DNA of 64,000 bases from Gemmatimonadaceae bacterium (GTDB lineage Bacteria > Gemmatimonadota > Gemmatimonadetes > Gemmatimonadales > Gemmatimonadaceae). The position numbers were made by a program, and so were the translations under genes. Under the pieces are notes generated by a model. It saw only the letters and a program-made list of their open reading frames with translations. It did not search any database and was not told the origin of the DNA. Below are positions 10,310 to 19,109 of the stretch, piece by piece; the first letter of the stretch is position 1, and each line of letters begins with the position of its first letter. The stretch spans positions 96,001 to 160,000 of the forward strand of contig JBHYGA010000001.1 in assembly GCA_051859245.1 (NCBI GenBank), in the 5' to 3' direction.

Positions 10310-10753
10310 ATGTCTGACAAGATCCGCAAGAGCAACGACGAGTGGGCCGCGCAGCTCACGAAAATTCAGTACAAGGTGACCCGCGAACATGGCACCGAAC
10401 CAGCGTTTACGGGTGAGTACTGGGACCATCACGAAGCCGGCACATACCACTGTGTGTGCTGCGGGGCGCCACTCTTCGCCTCCGAGACAAAATACGACTC
10501 GGGCACGGGCTGGCCGAGTTACTGGGCACCCATCAGCGAGCAGGCGATCGAAACGACGCGTGATCGCAGCTGGTTCATGGTGCGCACCGAAGTGCATTGC
10601 GCTCGGTGTGACGCGCATCTGGGGCACGTGTTTGACGATGGTCCCGCACCGACTGGTCTGCGGTACTGTATGAATAGTGCGTCGTTCACGTTCGCCGAGC
10701 GCGGTGAACCATCGGCGAAGGACGGAACGTCTTCAGACGAGGCGGCGCGATGA
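10310..10753 (+). CDS. msrB: Peptide-methionine (R)-S-oxide reductase
   Basis: GTE, two CxxC Zn motifs, [20 protein letters not shown]. Confidence 0.96.
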   Translation: MSDKIRKSNDEWAAQLTKIQYKVTREHGTEPAFTGEYWDHHEAGTYHCVCCGAPLFASETKYDSGTGWPSYWAPISEQAIETTRDRSWFMVRTEVHCARCDAHLGHVFDDGPAPTGLRYCMNSASFTFAERGEPSAKDGTSSDEAAR

Positions 10754-11715
10754 CAACGTGGTCGATGGCGCGCTGCGTCGCGCTCGCGACGCTGCTGCCG
10801 GCGATGCTCGCTGCACAGTCCGGTCCGAACATGACGGTGGCTGTTGAGCCGTCGCACGTGGCGGCGATCGCCTCGCGTGTCCCTGCGGGAACGGTCGCGC
10901 TCGCGCTTGGCAATGTCGGCATCGCGTCCACCGACGCCGATGTGTTGTTCTACAATCCCGGCATGCTCACGTCAGGGCGCGGGATGTCGATGTCCGCACA
11001 ACGCTACAACGGCAATGGTACCGCTGCGTCGATGGCGGCTACGCAACTGGTGGGTTCTGTCGGCTTCGGAGTTGGCGTGCGTTTCGCGGATTGGCGCGGA
11101 CCGCTGGGATTCGGTTATGCAGAAGCGGTGCGCGACGGACTTGGTGTGCTTGGATTGCCGGGCGCGGCACGCGCATCGAGTACGGCGCTCACCGCCGCTG
11201 TGGCGCGTGCACTCGGTCCGCTGCGGCTCGGTGTGAGCGCGACGTACGCTCGTGAGACGTACGCGGCGCGGCACGATGAGACGACGCACTTCGACCTGGG
11301 CGTGGTGTGGCCCACCGGTCCCGGCAATCTCGGGTTGACGGTGCAGCATGAAGGTGCGCCCCTGGAAATAGCGGATGGTTTTCAAGAGTTCGAGGGCGCC
11401 GCCGAATGGCGCGCGACGCTGGGGTACGGTGCCTGGGGCTTTCCGCTCGCGACGTTCTGGGATTTCGGTGGCACTGCGCAGCTGTCCGTTGACGAAGCAG
11501 GACGGGTGCGGAGTGCCGGAGGCGTCGAGCTCACCTACGTCCCGGTCGAAGGCGTCTCGATCGCTGCTCGTGTAGGAAGTCGGTCCACGATTGGAAATGA
11601 ACTTCCGATCACGGGTGGGCTGGGTTTGTCACTCGATCGTTATTCGCTTGACTACGCGCTTGAGTCCTTCCGCGGCGGCGTGCGCGCGCATCGCGTTGGT
11701 TTGCGAGTTCGCTAG
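10750..11715 (+). CDS. Putative outer-membrane beta-barrel (PorV/FadL-like)
   Basis: Signal peptide; ALALGN...LFYNPGML motif; amphipathic beta-strand pattern; ATGA overlap with msrB. Confidence 0.55.
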   Translation: MTTWSMARCVALATLLPAMLAAQSGPNMTVAVEPSHVAAIASRVPAGTVALALGNVGIASTDADVLFYNPGMLTSGRGMSMSAQRYNGNGTAASMAATQLVGSVGFGVGVRFADWRGPLGFGYAEAVRDGLGVLGLPGAARASSTALTAAVARALGPLRLGVSATYARETYAARHDETTHFDLGVVWPTGPGNLGLTVQHEGAPLEIADGFQEFEGAAEWRATLGYGAWGFPLATFWDFGGTAQLSVDEAGRVRSAGGVELTYVPVEGVSIAARVGSRSTIGNELPITGGLGLSLDRYSLDYALESFRGGVRAHRVGLRVR

Positions 11716-11755
11716 TCAGCGTGTCGTACCTCTCGTACTGACCAGGACGCGTTGG

Positions 11756-12304
11756 TCACTCGGGATAGAGCGCCGCCAACTTTCGAATCGATGTCACGTT
11801 GCGCATGGTGGTTGGAGCGCCCAGCAGTTTCTCCAGCTTCGCGCCTGAGAAGTCCGAGGAACCGATGGTTTTTGCGCACAACCAGTACAGCTCGCGCCCG
11901 TCGACGAAGAACTGATCCACAGGTGTTTGCGCGGCGGTGAGTGCAGCAATGACGGCTGCCGTTGGGGGCCGATGCAGCATGCCGATGTACAGCGAGTGGT
12001 CGGCTGGCGGGAACTGCGTCCATGCACCGAACGAGCGCGTCGCCGCACGCGCATTTTCGGCGGGCGTGCGCAGGAACACGTCCGAATGAAATCCGAGCGC
12101 GTGCGCGAGTTCTGCAGTGAGCCACGGTTCCAGCACCGTGGCTGATCGCTGCTGCGGGTCAGCGAAGATCAGATTGCCGCTCGCAATGAAAGTTGCGACG
12201 TCGGACAGACCAAGCCCAACGGCAATGTCCCGCAGCCGGGCCATCTGCACGGTGCGCTTGCCAACGTTGATGGCGCGAAGGAAGGCGATGTAGCGGTTCG
12301 TCAC
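11756..12304 (-). CDS. DUF1697 domain protein
   Basis: YIAFLRAINVG, TFIASGNLIF, TMRN; GTG start taken at 12304. Confidence 0.88.
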   Translation of the reverse strand: MTNRYIAFLRAINVGKRTVQMARLRDIAVGLGLSDVATFIASGNLIFADPQQRSATVLEPWLTAELAHALGFHSDVFLRTPAENARAATRSFGAWTQFPPADHSLYIGMLHRPPTAAVIAALTAAQTPVDQFFVDGRELYWLCAKTIGSSDFSGAKLEKLLGAPTTMRNVTSIRKLAALYPE

Positions 12305-12476
12305 AGGGACAAGCTGTTTGTCCTGCACAGAATCCGCCAGACGTCTGCTCGGCTCGCCGTGGGGTGCTGTGGGGTATATTTCAGGGTTGTCTCCCCACCC
12401 TGTGCGATCCGTGGCCTGCAGTGTCCGCGCGTCGGTTGCTGGCGATCGTCCTTCCTCACGTAGCGAGGTTTTGTAG

Positions 12477-14927
12477 ATGACCAATCTTCTCCTGCTGGCG
12501 GCCCTGATGGCGCCATCAGCGGCGTCGGATTCGACGCGCACCGCGCCCACCGTTGTCGACACCCGCTCATCGGCAGAGGTGTCGGCGATGGCCGCCTTCG
12601 GCTCGTCACTCGCGCTCAGCGGTGACTATGCGTTTGTGGGTGAGCCGCGCGGTGACGCCGGTCTGGTGCATGTCTATCGCCGCGGACCGGCCGGATGGCG
12701 CGCCGCTACTACGATCAAGGCGCCAACACCGGCGGCGAATGACATGTTCGGCGCGAGTGTCGCGGCAGACGGCGCGACGTTGTTGGTCGGACAGTCGTCG
12801 GCGCCGACTTCGCCCGACGCCGGCAAAGGCATGGTGCACGTGTTCACGCGCACTGCCGCGGGCGCCTGGCAGCCCGCTGGCATGCTGACTGCGGAGTCGC
12901 TCACGCCGCGTGCGGGTTTTGGCACGGCGATGCTCGTGAAGGGAGACGTAGCGTTTGTTGGCGCCCCCGGGTTTGAGAACGGTGCGGTGTTCATGTTCAA
13001 GCGCGCCGCCAACGGCACGTGGTCGGCGGCAGGTCGACTGGCCGTTGAAGGGCTCGCCGAGAACGATCAGTTCGGTGGCGCGCTGGCAATGGACGGCGAC
13101 CGACTCGCGGTTGGTGCGCCGGGTCGTGCAGCCGCGAAGGGTGCTGTGTTCATGTTTACGCGCGACGCCTCGGGCAACTACACGCAGTCTGGTTTGCTGG
13201 TTGCCGCTGCTGGTGCAGATGCCGCACGCCTTGGCTCAAGCCTTGCGCTCAGTGGCACGCGTCTGATTGTTGGCGCGCCGGGTGCGAACCCGATCGCGGG
13301 TCGCCGTGGTGCGAGCATGGGCTCAGTCACCGTGTTCGAGTACAGCACGATCGCCGAGATCTGGCGTGAACGTCACAGCTTCGCACCGTTTGTCGCAGGC
13401 AACGCACGGTTTGGACAGAGCGTCGCGGCCGCGGGCAACGAAGTCTGGGTTGGCGCACCGTCCACGTCGTACAACACGGGCAGCATCTATCGTGTGCAGC
13501 CGGACGCTGAGGGATCGTGGACCAACATGCGCACACTCGCGGCGGGCAATGTCGAGCCGGGAGCGAACTTTGGCGCGACGATGGTGGTGAGCGGGAACAC
13601 GGCCGCGGTTGGCATGCCGTCCGACGCCGGTGGCGCGGGCACGGTGATGTTTTTTGCGCGCAACGCTGCTGGCGCATGGTCGCAAACGAGCACGGTCTTT
13701 CCGGCGCCCACGGCGAAGGTGTACTCCGCGGTGAAGGGCAAAGAAGTCATGTGCAGCACTGACGGAAAAGCGGGCGAGTTTGAATGCGGCAACGCGTCAC
13801 TGCTGTCGTTCCTGCCGATCTCTGCGATTGGCGGCAAGCGCGGCACGAATATGAATGACAACTGGGGCTGGACGGACCCGGTCACCAATCGCGAAATCGC
13901 GATTCTTGGTCGCACCGATGGTACGTCGTTTGTTGACGTGACCGATCCGGCCAACCCGCGCTACCTCGGCGATCTGCCGAAAACGAAGGGTTCACCAAGT
14001 GCGGCGTGGCGCGACATGAAGGTGTTCAAGAATCACGCGTACATCGTGGCGGACAACGCGGGCGAACACGGTATGCAGGTGTTTGATCTCACGCGTCTGC
14101 GCACTGTACGCACGCCACAGACGTTCAAGCCCGACGTGACGTACGATCGCATCAACAGCGCGCACAACATTGTATCGAACGAAGCGACGGGCTTCATGTA
14201 CGTGGTGGGCGCATCTGGCGGCGGCGAAACGTGCGGTGGTGGTCACCACATGATTGACGTGAACGAGCCCAAGAAGCCCAAGTTTGCCGGCTGCTTTGGC
14301 GACGACAAAACCGGTCGTGCGGGCACGGGTTACTCGCACGATTCGCAGTGCGTGGTGTACAAGGGACCGGACCAGAAGTATGTGGGGCGAGAGATTTGCA
14401 TTGGTTCAAACGAAACGGCGATCAGCATTGCCGACGTGACCGACAAGAAGAACCCCAAGGCGATTTCGCGCGCGTCATACCCGAACGTGGCCTACGCGCA
14501 CCAGGCGTGGCTCACGGACGATCACAAGTATCTGTATCTGAATGATGAAGGCGACGAGTCGTCGGGTCAGGGTGAAGCAGCCAAGGGCACGCGCACGCTC
14601 GTGTGGGACCTGCAGGATTTGTCGGATCCCGTGCTGGTGAAAGAACATGTTGGCACCACCAAGGCGATTGACCATAACCTGTACGTGAAGGGCGACCGCA
14701 TGTATCAGGCGAACTACACGTCCGGGCTGCGCATCCTCGATGTGAGTGATCCGCGCAATCCCAAGGAAGTTGGATTCCTCGACACGCATCCGGGTGACGA
14801 TGGTACGCCGTCATTCGCCGGATCGTGGAGCGTGTATCCGTACTTCAAGAGCGGCTCGATTGTGGTCACGAGCATCGGTGAGGGCGTGTTCTTTGTGAAG
14901 GACCGTACGCGCCCGATCGTGCAGTGA
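12477..14927 (+). CDS. Secreted choice-of-anchor B family protein with N-terminal FG-GAP repeats
   Basis: Signal peptide; FGxxxA...VGAP repeats; NDNWGWTD, WRDMK, HGMQVFDL, SAHN, YSHD, YAHQAW, IDHNLY, YQANY, WSVYPY. Confidence 0.85.
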   Translation: MTNLLLLAALMAPSAASDSTRTAPTVVDTRSSAEVSAMAAFGSSLALSGDYAFVGEPRGDAGLVHVYRRGPAGWRAATTIKAPTPAANDMFGASVAADGATLLVGQSSAPTSPDAGKGMVHVFTRTAAGAWQPAGMLTAESLTPRAGFGTAMLVKGDVAFVGAPGFENGAVFMFKRAANGTWSAAGRLAVEGLAENDQFGGALAMDGDRLAVGAPGRAAAKGAVFMFTRDASGNYTQSGLLVAAAGADAARLGSSLALSGTRLIVGAPGANPIAGRRGASMGSVTVFEYSTIAEIWRERHSFAPFVAGNARFGQSVAAAGNEVWVGAPSTSYNTGSIYRVQPDAEGSWTNMRTLAAGNVEPGANFGATMVVSGNTAAVGMPSDAGGAGTVMFFARNAAGAWSQTSTVFPAPTAKVYSAVKGKEVMCSTDGKAGEFECGNASLLSFLPISAIGGKRGTNMNDNWGWTDPVTNREIAILGRTDGTSFVDVTDPANPRYLGDLPKTKGSPSAAWRDMKVFKNHAYIVADNAGEHGMQVFDLTRLRTVRTPQTFKPDVTYDRINSAHNIVSNEATGFMYVVGASGGGETCGGGHHMIDVNEPKKPKFAGCFGDDKTGRAGTGYSHDSQCVVYKGPDQKYVGREICIGSNETAISIADVTDKKNPKAISRASYPNVAYAHQAWLTDDHKYLYLNDEGDESSGQGEAAKGTRTLVWDLQDLSDPVLVKEHVGTTKAIDHNLYVKGDRMYQANYTSGLRILDVSDPRNPKEVGFLDTHPGDDGTPSFAGSWSVYPYFKSGSIVVTSIGEGVFFVKDRTRPIVQ

Positions 14928-15997
14928 TGCACGCACGACGCGCGGTGCTTGGTGTGCTTCTGGGCGTCGTCGGCTTTACGGCCGCCGACGCGCAGGAGCG
15001 TCTGTACGTGGTGAATCAGGCCGGCGCGACGATCTCGGTGATCGACCAGCAGAAGCTTGTCGTTGACACCGTGCTGGATTTGCGCACGCTCGGCTTCACA
15101 GCCAACGCCAAGCCGCACCACGTTGCGGTGGAAGATGACGGCAGCTTCTGGTACGTGTCGTTGATTGGTGACGGGCGCGTACTCAAGTTCGATCGTCAGA
15201 ACAAACTGGTGGGCCAGGTGAAAATGGAAACACCGGGTTTGCTCACGCTCGATCCGGTGCACGATTCGCTGTATGTCGGACGTTCCATGACGGCGGTCAA
15301 TCCACCACGTGCACTCGGTGTGATTGCGCGGAAGCCCTTTACGATGGTTGACGAGCAGGAGATTGTGCTGCCTCGACCGCACGCGCTGTCCGTAACGCGT
15401 GATGGGCAGTGGGTGCATACCGCCTCGCTGGCGGAGAACCAGATCGCCTCGGTGAATGTGGCGACTGGTCGTGTTACGCTGACCACGATTCCTGGTGCGC
15501 CACGTTCGCTGGTGCAGTTCGCGCTGTCGCCCGACGGAAAAACGATGGTGGCGGGTGGTGAGTTGTCGAACACGTTGCTGGTGTTTGATCTCACCAAGCC
15601 GCCGCCATTTGTCCCGGTGCGCGAGATTGCGATTGAGGGCAAGCCGTGGGAGCCGCGGTTTTCTCCGGACGGACGCACGCTGTATCTGTCGCTCCTGACA
15701 AAGAATGCGATTGCCGAGATCGATGTGGCGTCGTGGACGGTCAAACGCACGATTGATGGTCGGTTGGCGCAGCCGTACGGCATGATTGTGCGGCGGGATG
15801 GTCGCTACGCGTTCATCAGCAATCAGAACGCGGGCGCCGTCAAAGAAGGACACAGCGGACACGAGATGCACGGCATGGATGGCATGTCGGCAAGTGATGG
15901 TTGGCTCACCATTCTCGATTTACGCACCGGTACGGTGTATTCCACTCTCATGCTCGGCAACGGACCGACGGGCATGGGCGCTGCGCGCGCTCGATGA
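14924..15997 (+). CDS. YncE/YVTN-type beta-propeller, secreted, with His/Met-rich loop
   Basis: LYVVNQ...ISVID, PH and SPDG repeats; HSGHEMHGMDGM near C-terminus; overlaps upstream stop. Confidence 0.8.
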   Translation: MMHARRAVLGVLLGVVGFTAADAQERLYVVNQAGATISVIDQQKLVVDTVLDLRTLGFTANAKPHHVAVEDDGSFWYVSLIGDGRVLKFDRQNKLVGQVKMETPGLLTLDPVHDSLYVGRSMTAVNPPRALGVIARKPFTMVDEQEIVLPRPHALSVTRDGQWVHTASLAENQIASVNVATGRVTLTTIPGAPRSLVQFALSPDGKTMVAGGELSNTLLVFDLTKPPPFVPVREIAIEGKPWEPRFSPDGRTLYLSLLTKNAIAEIDVASWTVKRTIDGRLAQPYGMIVRRDGRYAFISNQNAGAVKEGHSGHEMHGMDGMSASDGWLTILDLRTGTVYSTLMLGNGPTGMGAARAR

Positions 15998-17922
15998 TCC
16001 ATCGCTTCGCGCGCGGCAGTGCGCGTTTCATCGGCGCGTTAGGATTGTTCAGTCTGGCGGCTTGTGGCGCGACGGTGCCATCGCTCGTGGCGCAGTCGGC
16101 GACCACCAACGTGCCGGCTGCCGCGAGCGCGGGTGACAGTACTCTGCGATTTGCGCGTCGGGTGTCGCCCTTTCCACTCACCGACGCCGCCGGACGTGCG
16201 ATCGCCCAACCGTTCCTCGGCGGCTTCGATGTACCGCGTCCGCAGCTCGTTGATATCGACGGCGACGGCGACCTCGACCTGTTCGTGCAAGAGCGCTCGA
16301 ATGGCGTGATGCACTTTGAAAACGTGAACGGTGTGTTCACGTGGCGCACGGATCGGTTTCTCGACCTGCCGGTGGGCGAGTGGTACCGCTTTGTCGACCT
16401 TGATGCTGATGGTGTGCCTGATCTGCTGAGCGAGTCCCCTGTGAGTTACATCCGGGCATGGCGCAATGTGGGCACACGTCAGGCGCCACGATTCTCGATT
16501 GCGGTGGACTCGCTGCAAGACAGCAATGGTGAGCCGATCGCCGCAGATCGCCAGAACATTCTCAATATTGTCGACATTGACTGCAACGGACGCCTCGATC
16601 TGTTTCTCGGTCGCGTGTCCGGCTCTGTTGACCGGTATGAAGCGGTGTCTGGCACGGAGCGCAATGGCGTTCCGCGCTTCACGCTGCACACCGAGCGATT
16701 CGAAGATATTGAAGTGCTTGGACCAGTGCCGGGCGGCGTGCCGCCGCTCGAGCGTGGCAGTATGCGTCACGGTGCGAACACTCTCGCTTTCGCTGACATT
16801 GATGGTGATGGCGATATTGATCTTTTCTGGGGCGACTACTTCGAAGCGGGTGTGCTGCTGATCGAGAATCGTTCGACGGGTTGCACCATTCCGAACATGC
16901 GCGGCAAGCCCGTGCCGTTCCCGGAAGCTGCGCCCGTGTTGACGAGCGGCTACAACGCGCCCGCGCTTGGTGACGTGACGGGCAACGGGTTGCCTGATCT
17001 GGTGCTTGGTGTGATTGGCGGTGCGTACTCACCTCGCACGACGTCTGTCGAAAATCTGTTGCTGGTCGCGCAAACGGCGCGCGGTACGTTCGAGGTGACC
17101 ACGCGCCGGTTAATTCCCACGGTCGATGTGGGCAGCGAGGCCATGCCCACGTTGGCGGATATAGATGGCGATGGTGATCTCGATCTGCTGGTAGGCAACA
17201 AGATTTCTCCCAGCACAGATACCACCGGCACGATCACGTGGTTTGAAAACACGGGCACACGTGCAGCGCCGGCGTTCGTGGAGCGCGGCGCGTTGTCCAT
17301 GCAGAGCGAGTTTCACTACGCGCCATCCGTAGCCGATCTTGACGCGGATGGATTGCCGGATCTTGTGCTCGGCACATGGCGCGATCGTGTGCAGTGGTGG
17401 CGAAATACTGGAACGCGTAGTGCGCCGACGTTCGCCGTTGCCGATACCGCGCTGATCACGCTTACGCGCGGCAGCAACACTACGCCAACACTCGCCGATC
17501 TCGATGGTGATGGTGATTTTGACATGATCGTGGGCGAGGCGTCCGGTCAGATCAACTTGTACACGAACACCGGTTCGCGTACGGCACCGCGATTTGAGTT
17601 GGTAAGCGACACGTATCTGGATATCGACGTGGGGCGGCGCAGTGCGCCGGTCCTGGCGGATCTGCGTGGTGATGGCAAGCCGGACCTGCTCATTGGCAGC
17701 GAAGACGGGGGTGTGCAGCGCTGGCGTAACGTGAGTGACGCGACCGGTATCCGGTTTGAACGCGCTGAACCGCTGGCGATCAACACGGGTACGTTCTCAA
17801 CGATCGCTGCCGGCGACCTTGATGGCGACGGTGATCTTGATGTGATCATTGGAACGGCGTCTGGCGGACTGCTCTATTTTGAGAACGCAGGTGGTGTGCT
17901 GCAGCCGGGGTCGCGTCCGTAG
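15994..17922 (+). CDS. FG-GAP/VCBS-repeat lipoprotein
   Basis: Lipobox LAAC; about ten DxDGDGDxD-type Ca-binding repeats; ATGA overlap. Confidence 0.85.
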   Translation: MIHRFARGSARFIGALGLFSLAACGATVPSLVAQSATTNVPAAASAGDSTLRFARRVSPFPLTDAAGRAIAQPFLGGFDVPRPQLVDIDGDGDLDLFVQERSNGVMHFENVNGVFTWRTDRFLDLPVGEWYRFVDLDADGVPDLLSESPVSYIRAWRNVGTRQAPRFSIAVDSLQDSNGEPIAADRQNILNIVDIDCNGRLDLFLGRVSGSVDRYEAVSGTERNGVPRFTLHTERFEDIEVLGPVPGGVPPLERGSMRHGANTLAFADIDGDGDIDLFWGDYFEAGVLLIENRSTGCTIPNMRGKPVPFPEAAPVLTSGYNAPALGDVTGNGLPDLVLGVIGGAYSPRTTSVENLLLVAQTARGTFEVTTRRLIPTVDVGSEAMPTLADIDGDGDLDLLVGNKISPSTDTTGTITWFENTGTRAAPAFVERGALSMQSEFHYAPSVADLDADGLPDLVLGTWRDRVQWWRNTGTRSAPTFAVADTALITLTRGSNTTPTLADLDGDGDFDMIVGEASGQINLYTNTGSRTAPRFELVSDTYLDIDVGRRSAPVLADLRGDGKPDLLIGSEDGGVQRWRNVSDATGIRFERAEPLAINTGTFSTIAAGDLDGDGDLDVIIGTASGGLLYFENAGGVLQPGSRP

Positions 17923-18004
17923 CTGCCCATATCGCGACACGCCGCCGTGTTGGCATGGTGCGGCGAATCGGGTCGCTTAGATTCAAGGAACGCACACCAC
18001 ACGC

Positions 18005-18466
18005 ATGGAGCACTCACCGACCTCCCGCCAGCCGCACGCACCGCGTCCAGAGTTTCTGGCCCGCGCGTTGCTCGGCATTGTGGCGCTCGCGGTGATCGGA
18101 ACGCTCGCCGAGCTGTTGCTGCTCGAGCACTACGAGGGCTGGAAACAGTGGATTCCGCTCGCCATTCTGGGCAGCACCACGGTGGTCATCGTGTGGCACG
18201 CCGTTCGTCCAGGCGCGGGAAGTACGTGGGTGCTTCGCGCGGTGATGAGTGCACTCATCATTGCAGGCGCGGCGGGTGTCATTTTGCACATTCAAGGGAA
18301 TCTGGAGTTCGAGGCGGAGCTCAATCCCGGTCTCACCGGCTGGCCGTTGTGGATTGAAGTGGCACGAGGGGCCACTCCCACACTCGCGCCCGGCTCGCTC
18401 ATTCCGTTTGGCTTGCTCGGCCTGTTGTACTCATGGCGGTTTCGCTCTCTCACTTCACAGGAATAG
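18005..18466 (+). CDS. Hypothetical membrane protein (about 4 TM)
   Basis: Four hydrophobic segments with ELLLLEH, H-x-x-GN and PTLAPG motifs. Confidence 0.75.
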   Translation: MEHSPTSRQPHAPRPEFLARALLGIVALAVIGTLAELLLLEHYEGWKQWIPLAILGSTTVVIVWHAVRPGAGSTWVLRAVMSALIIAGAAGVILHIQGNLEFEAELNPGLTGWPLWIEVARGATPTLAPGSLIPFGLLGLLYSWRFRSLTSQE

Positions 18467-18470
18467 AATC

Positions 18471-19109
18471 ATGTCCACGTCATTTCGTCGCGTACTGAGT
18501 GCGCTCGCGGCGGTCATGCTTGTCGCGGTGGTCCTTCCGGCGCAGTCTGGCAAGTCGCTCGGTGTGCAGGACGTCAATATGGCTGCGGAAAAAGACATCG
18601 CAGTAATGCCGGGCATGACGGCCGCGCTCGCCAAAGAGCTCGTTGGCAAGCGCCCGTTTCTGTCCATGACGGATGTTGATGCGTTTCTGGCAACCAAGCT
18701 CAGCAAGGAGCAGCGCACCGCGCTCTATCCCAAGCTGTTCTTGCAGATCAATCTGAACACGGCCTCACGTGACGAAATCATGCTGGTGCCCCAGATGGGA
18801 CCACGGTTTCTTCGCGAGTTTCTGGAGTATCGGCCGTACAAGTCGATGGCGCAGTGGCGCCGCGAAATGGGCAAGTATGTGAAGGAAGACGAAGTCGCGC
18901 GCATGGAGCAGTATGTATTTGTGCCGATCGATCTGAACGCCGCCACAGACGCCGATATCCTCACGCTGCCCGGTGTTGGTGCGCGCATGCTGCGCGAGTT
19001 CAAGGAATACCGTCCATGGAAAACGATGGAGCAGTTCCGTCGCGAGATTGGCAAATACGTGGACGCGAAGGAAGTGGCTCGCCTTGAGCGCTACGTGGAG
19101 ATTCGCTAA
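18471..19109 (+). CDS. Secreted protein with three helix-hairpin-helix (ComEA/PsbU-like) repeats
   Basis: Signal peptide; three units of (D/N)xNxA...xPxxG/T...RP(F/Y/W). Confidence 0.75.
   Translation: MSTSFRRVLSALAAVMLVAVVLPAQSGKSLGVQDVNMAAEKDIAVMPGMTAALAKELVGKRPFLSMTDVDAFLATKLSKEQRTALYPKLFLQINLNTASRDEIMLVPQMGPRFLREFLEYRPYKSMAQWRREMGKYVKEDEVARMEQYVFVPIDLNAATDADILTLPGVGARMLREFKEYRPWKTMEQFRREIGKYVDAKEVARLERYVEIR

Noticed and set aside
9073..10317. 414-aa plus-strand ORF
   Set aside because: Antisense shadow of msrA and the acyltransferase; no recognisable motifs; common in high-GC DNA.
14714..15871. Long minus-strand ORF (likewise 19682-20689, 24051-25136, 30580-31554, 47325-48458, 54417-55337, 58257-59177)
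   Set aside because: All lie antisense to well-supported genes and have Arg/His/Ala-rich shadow composition.
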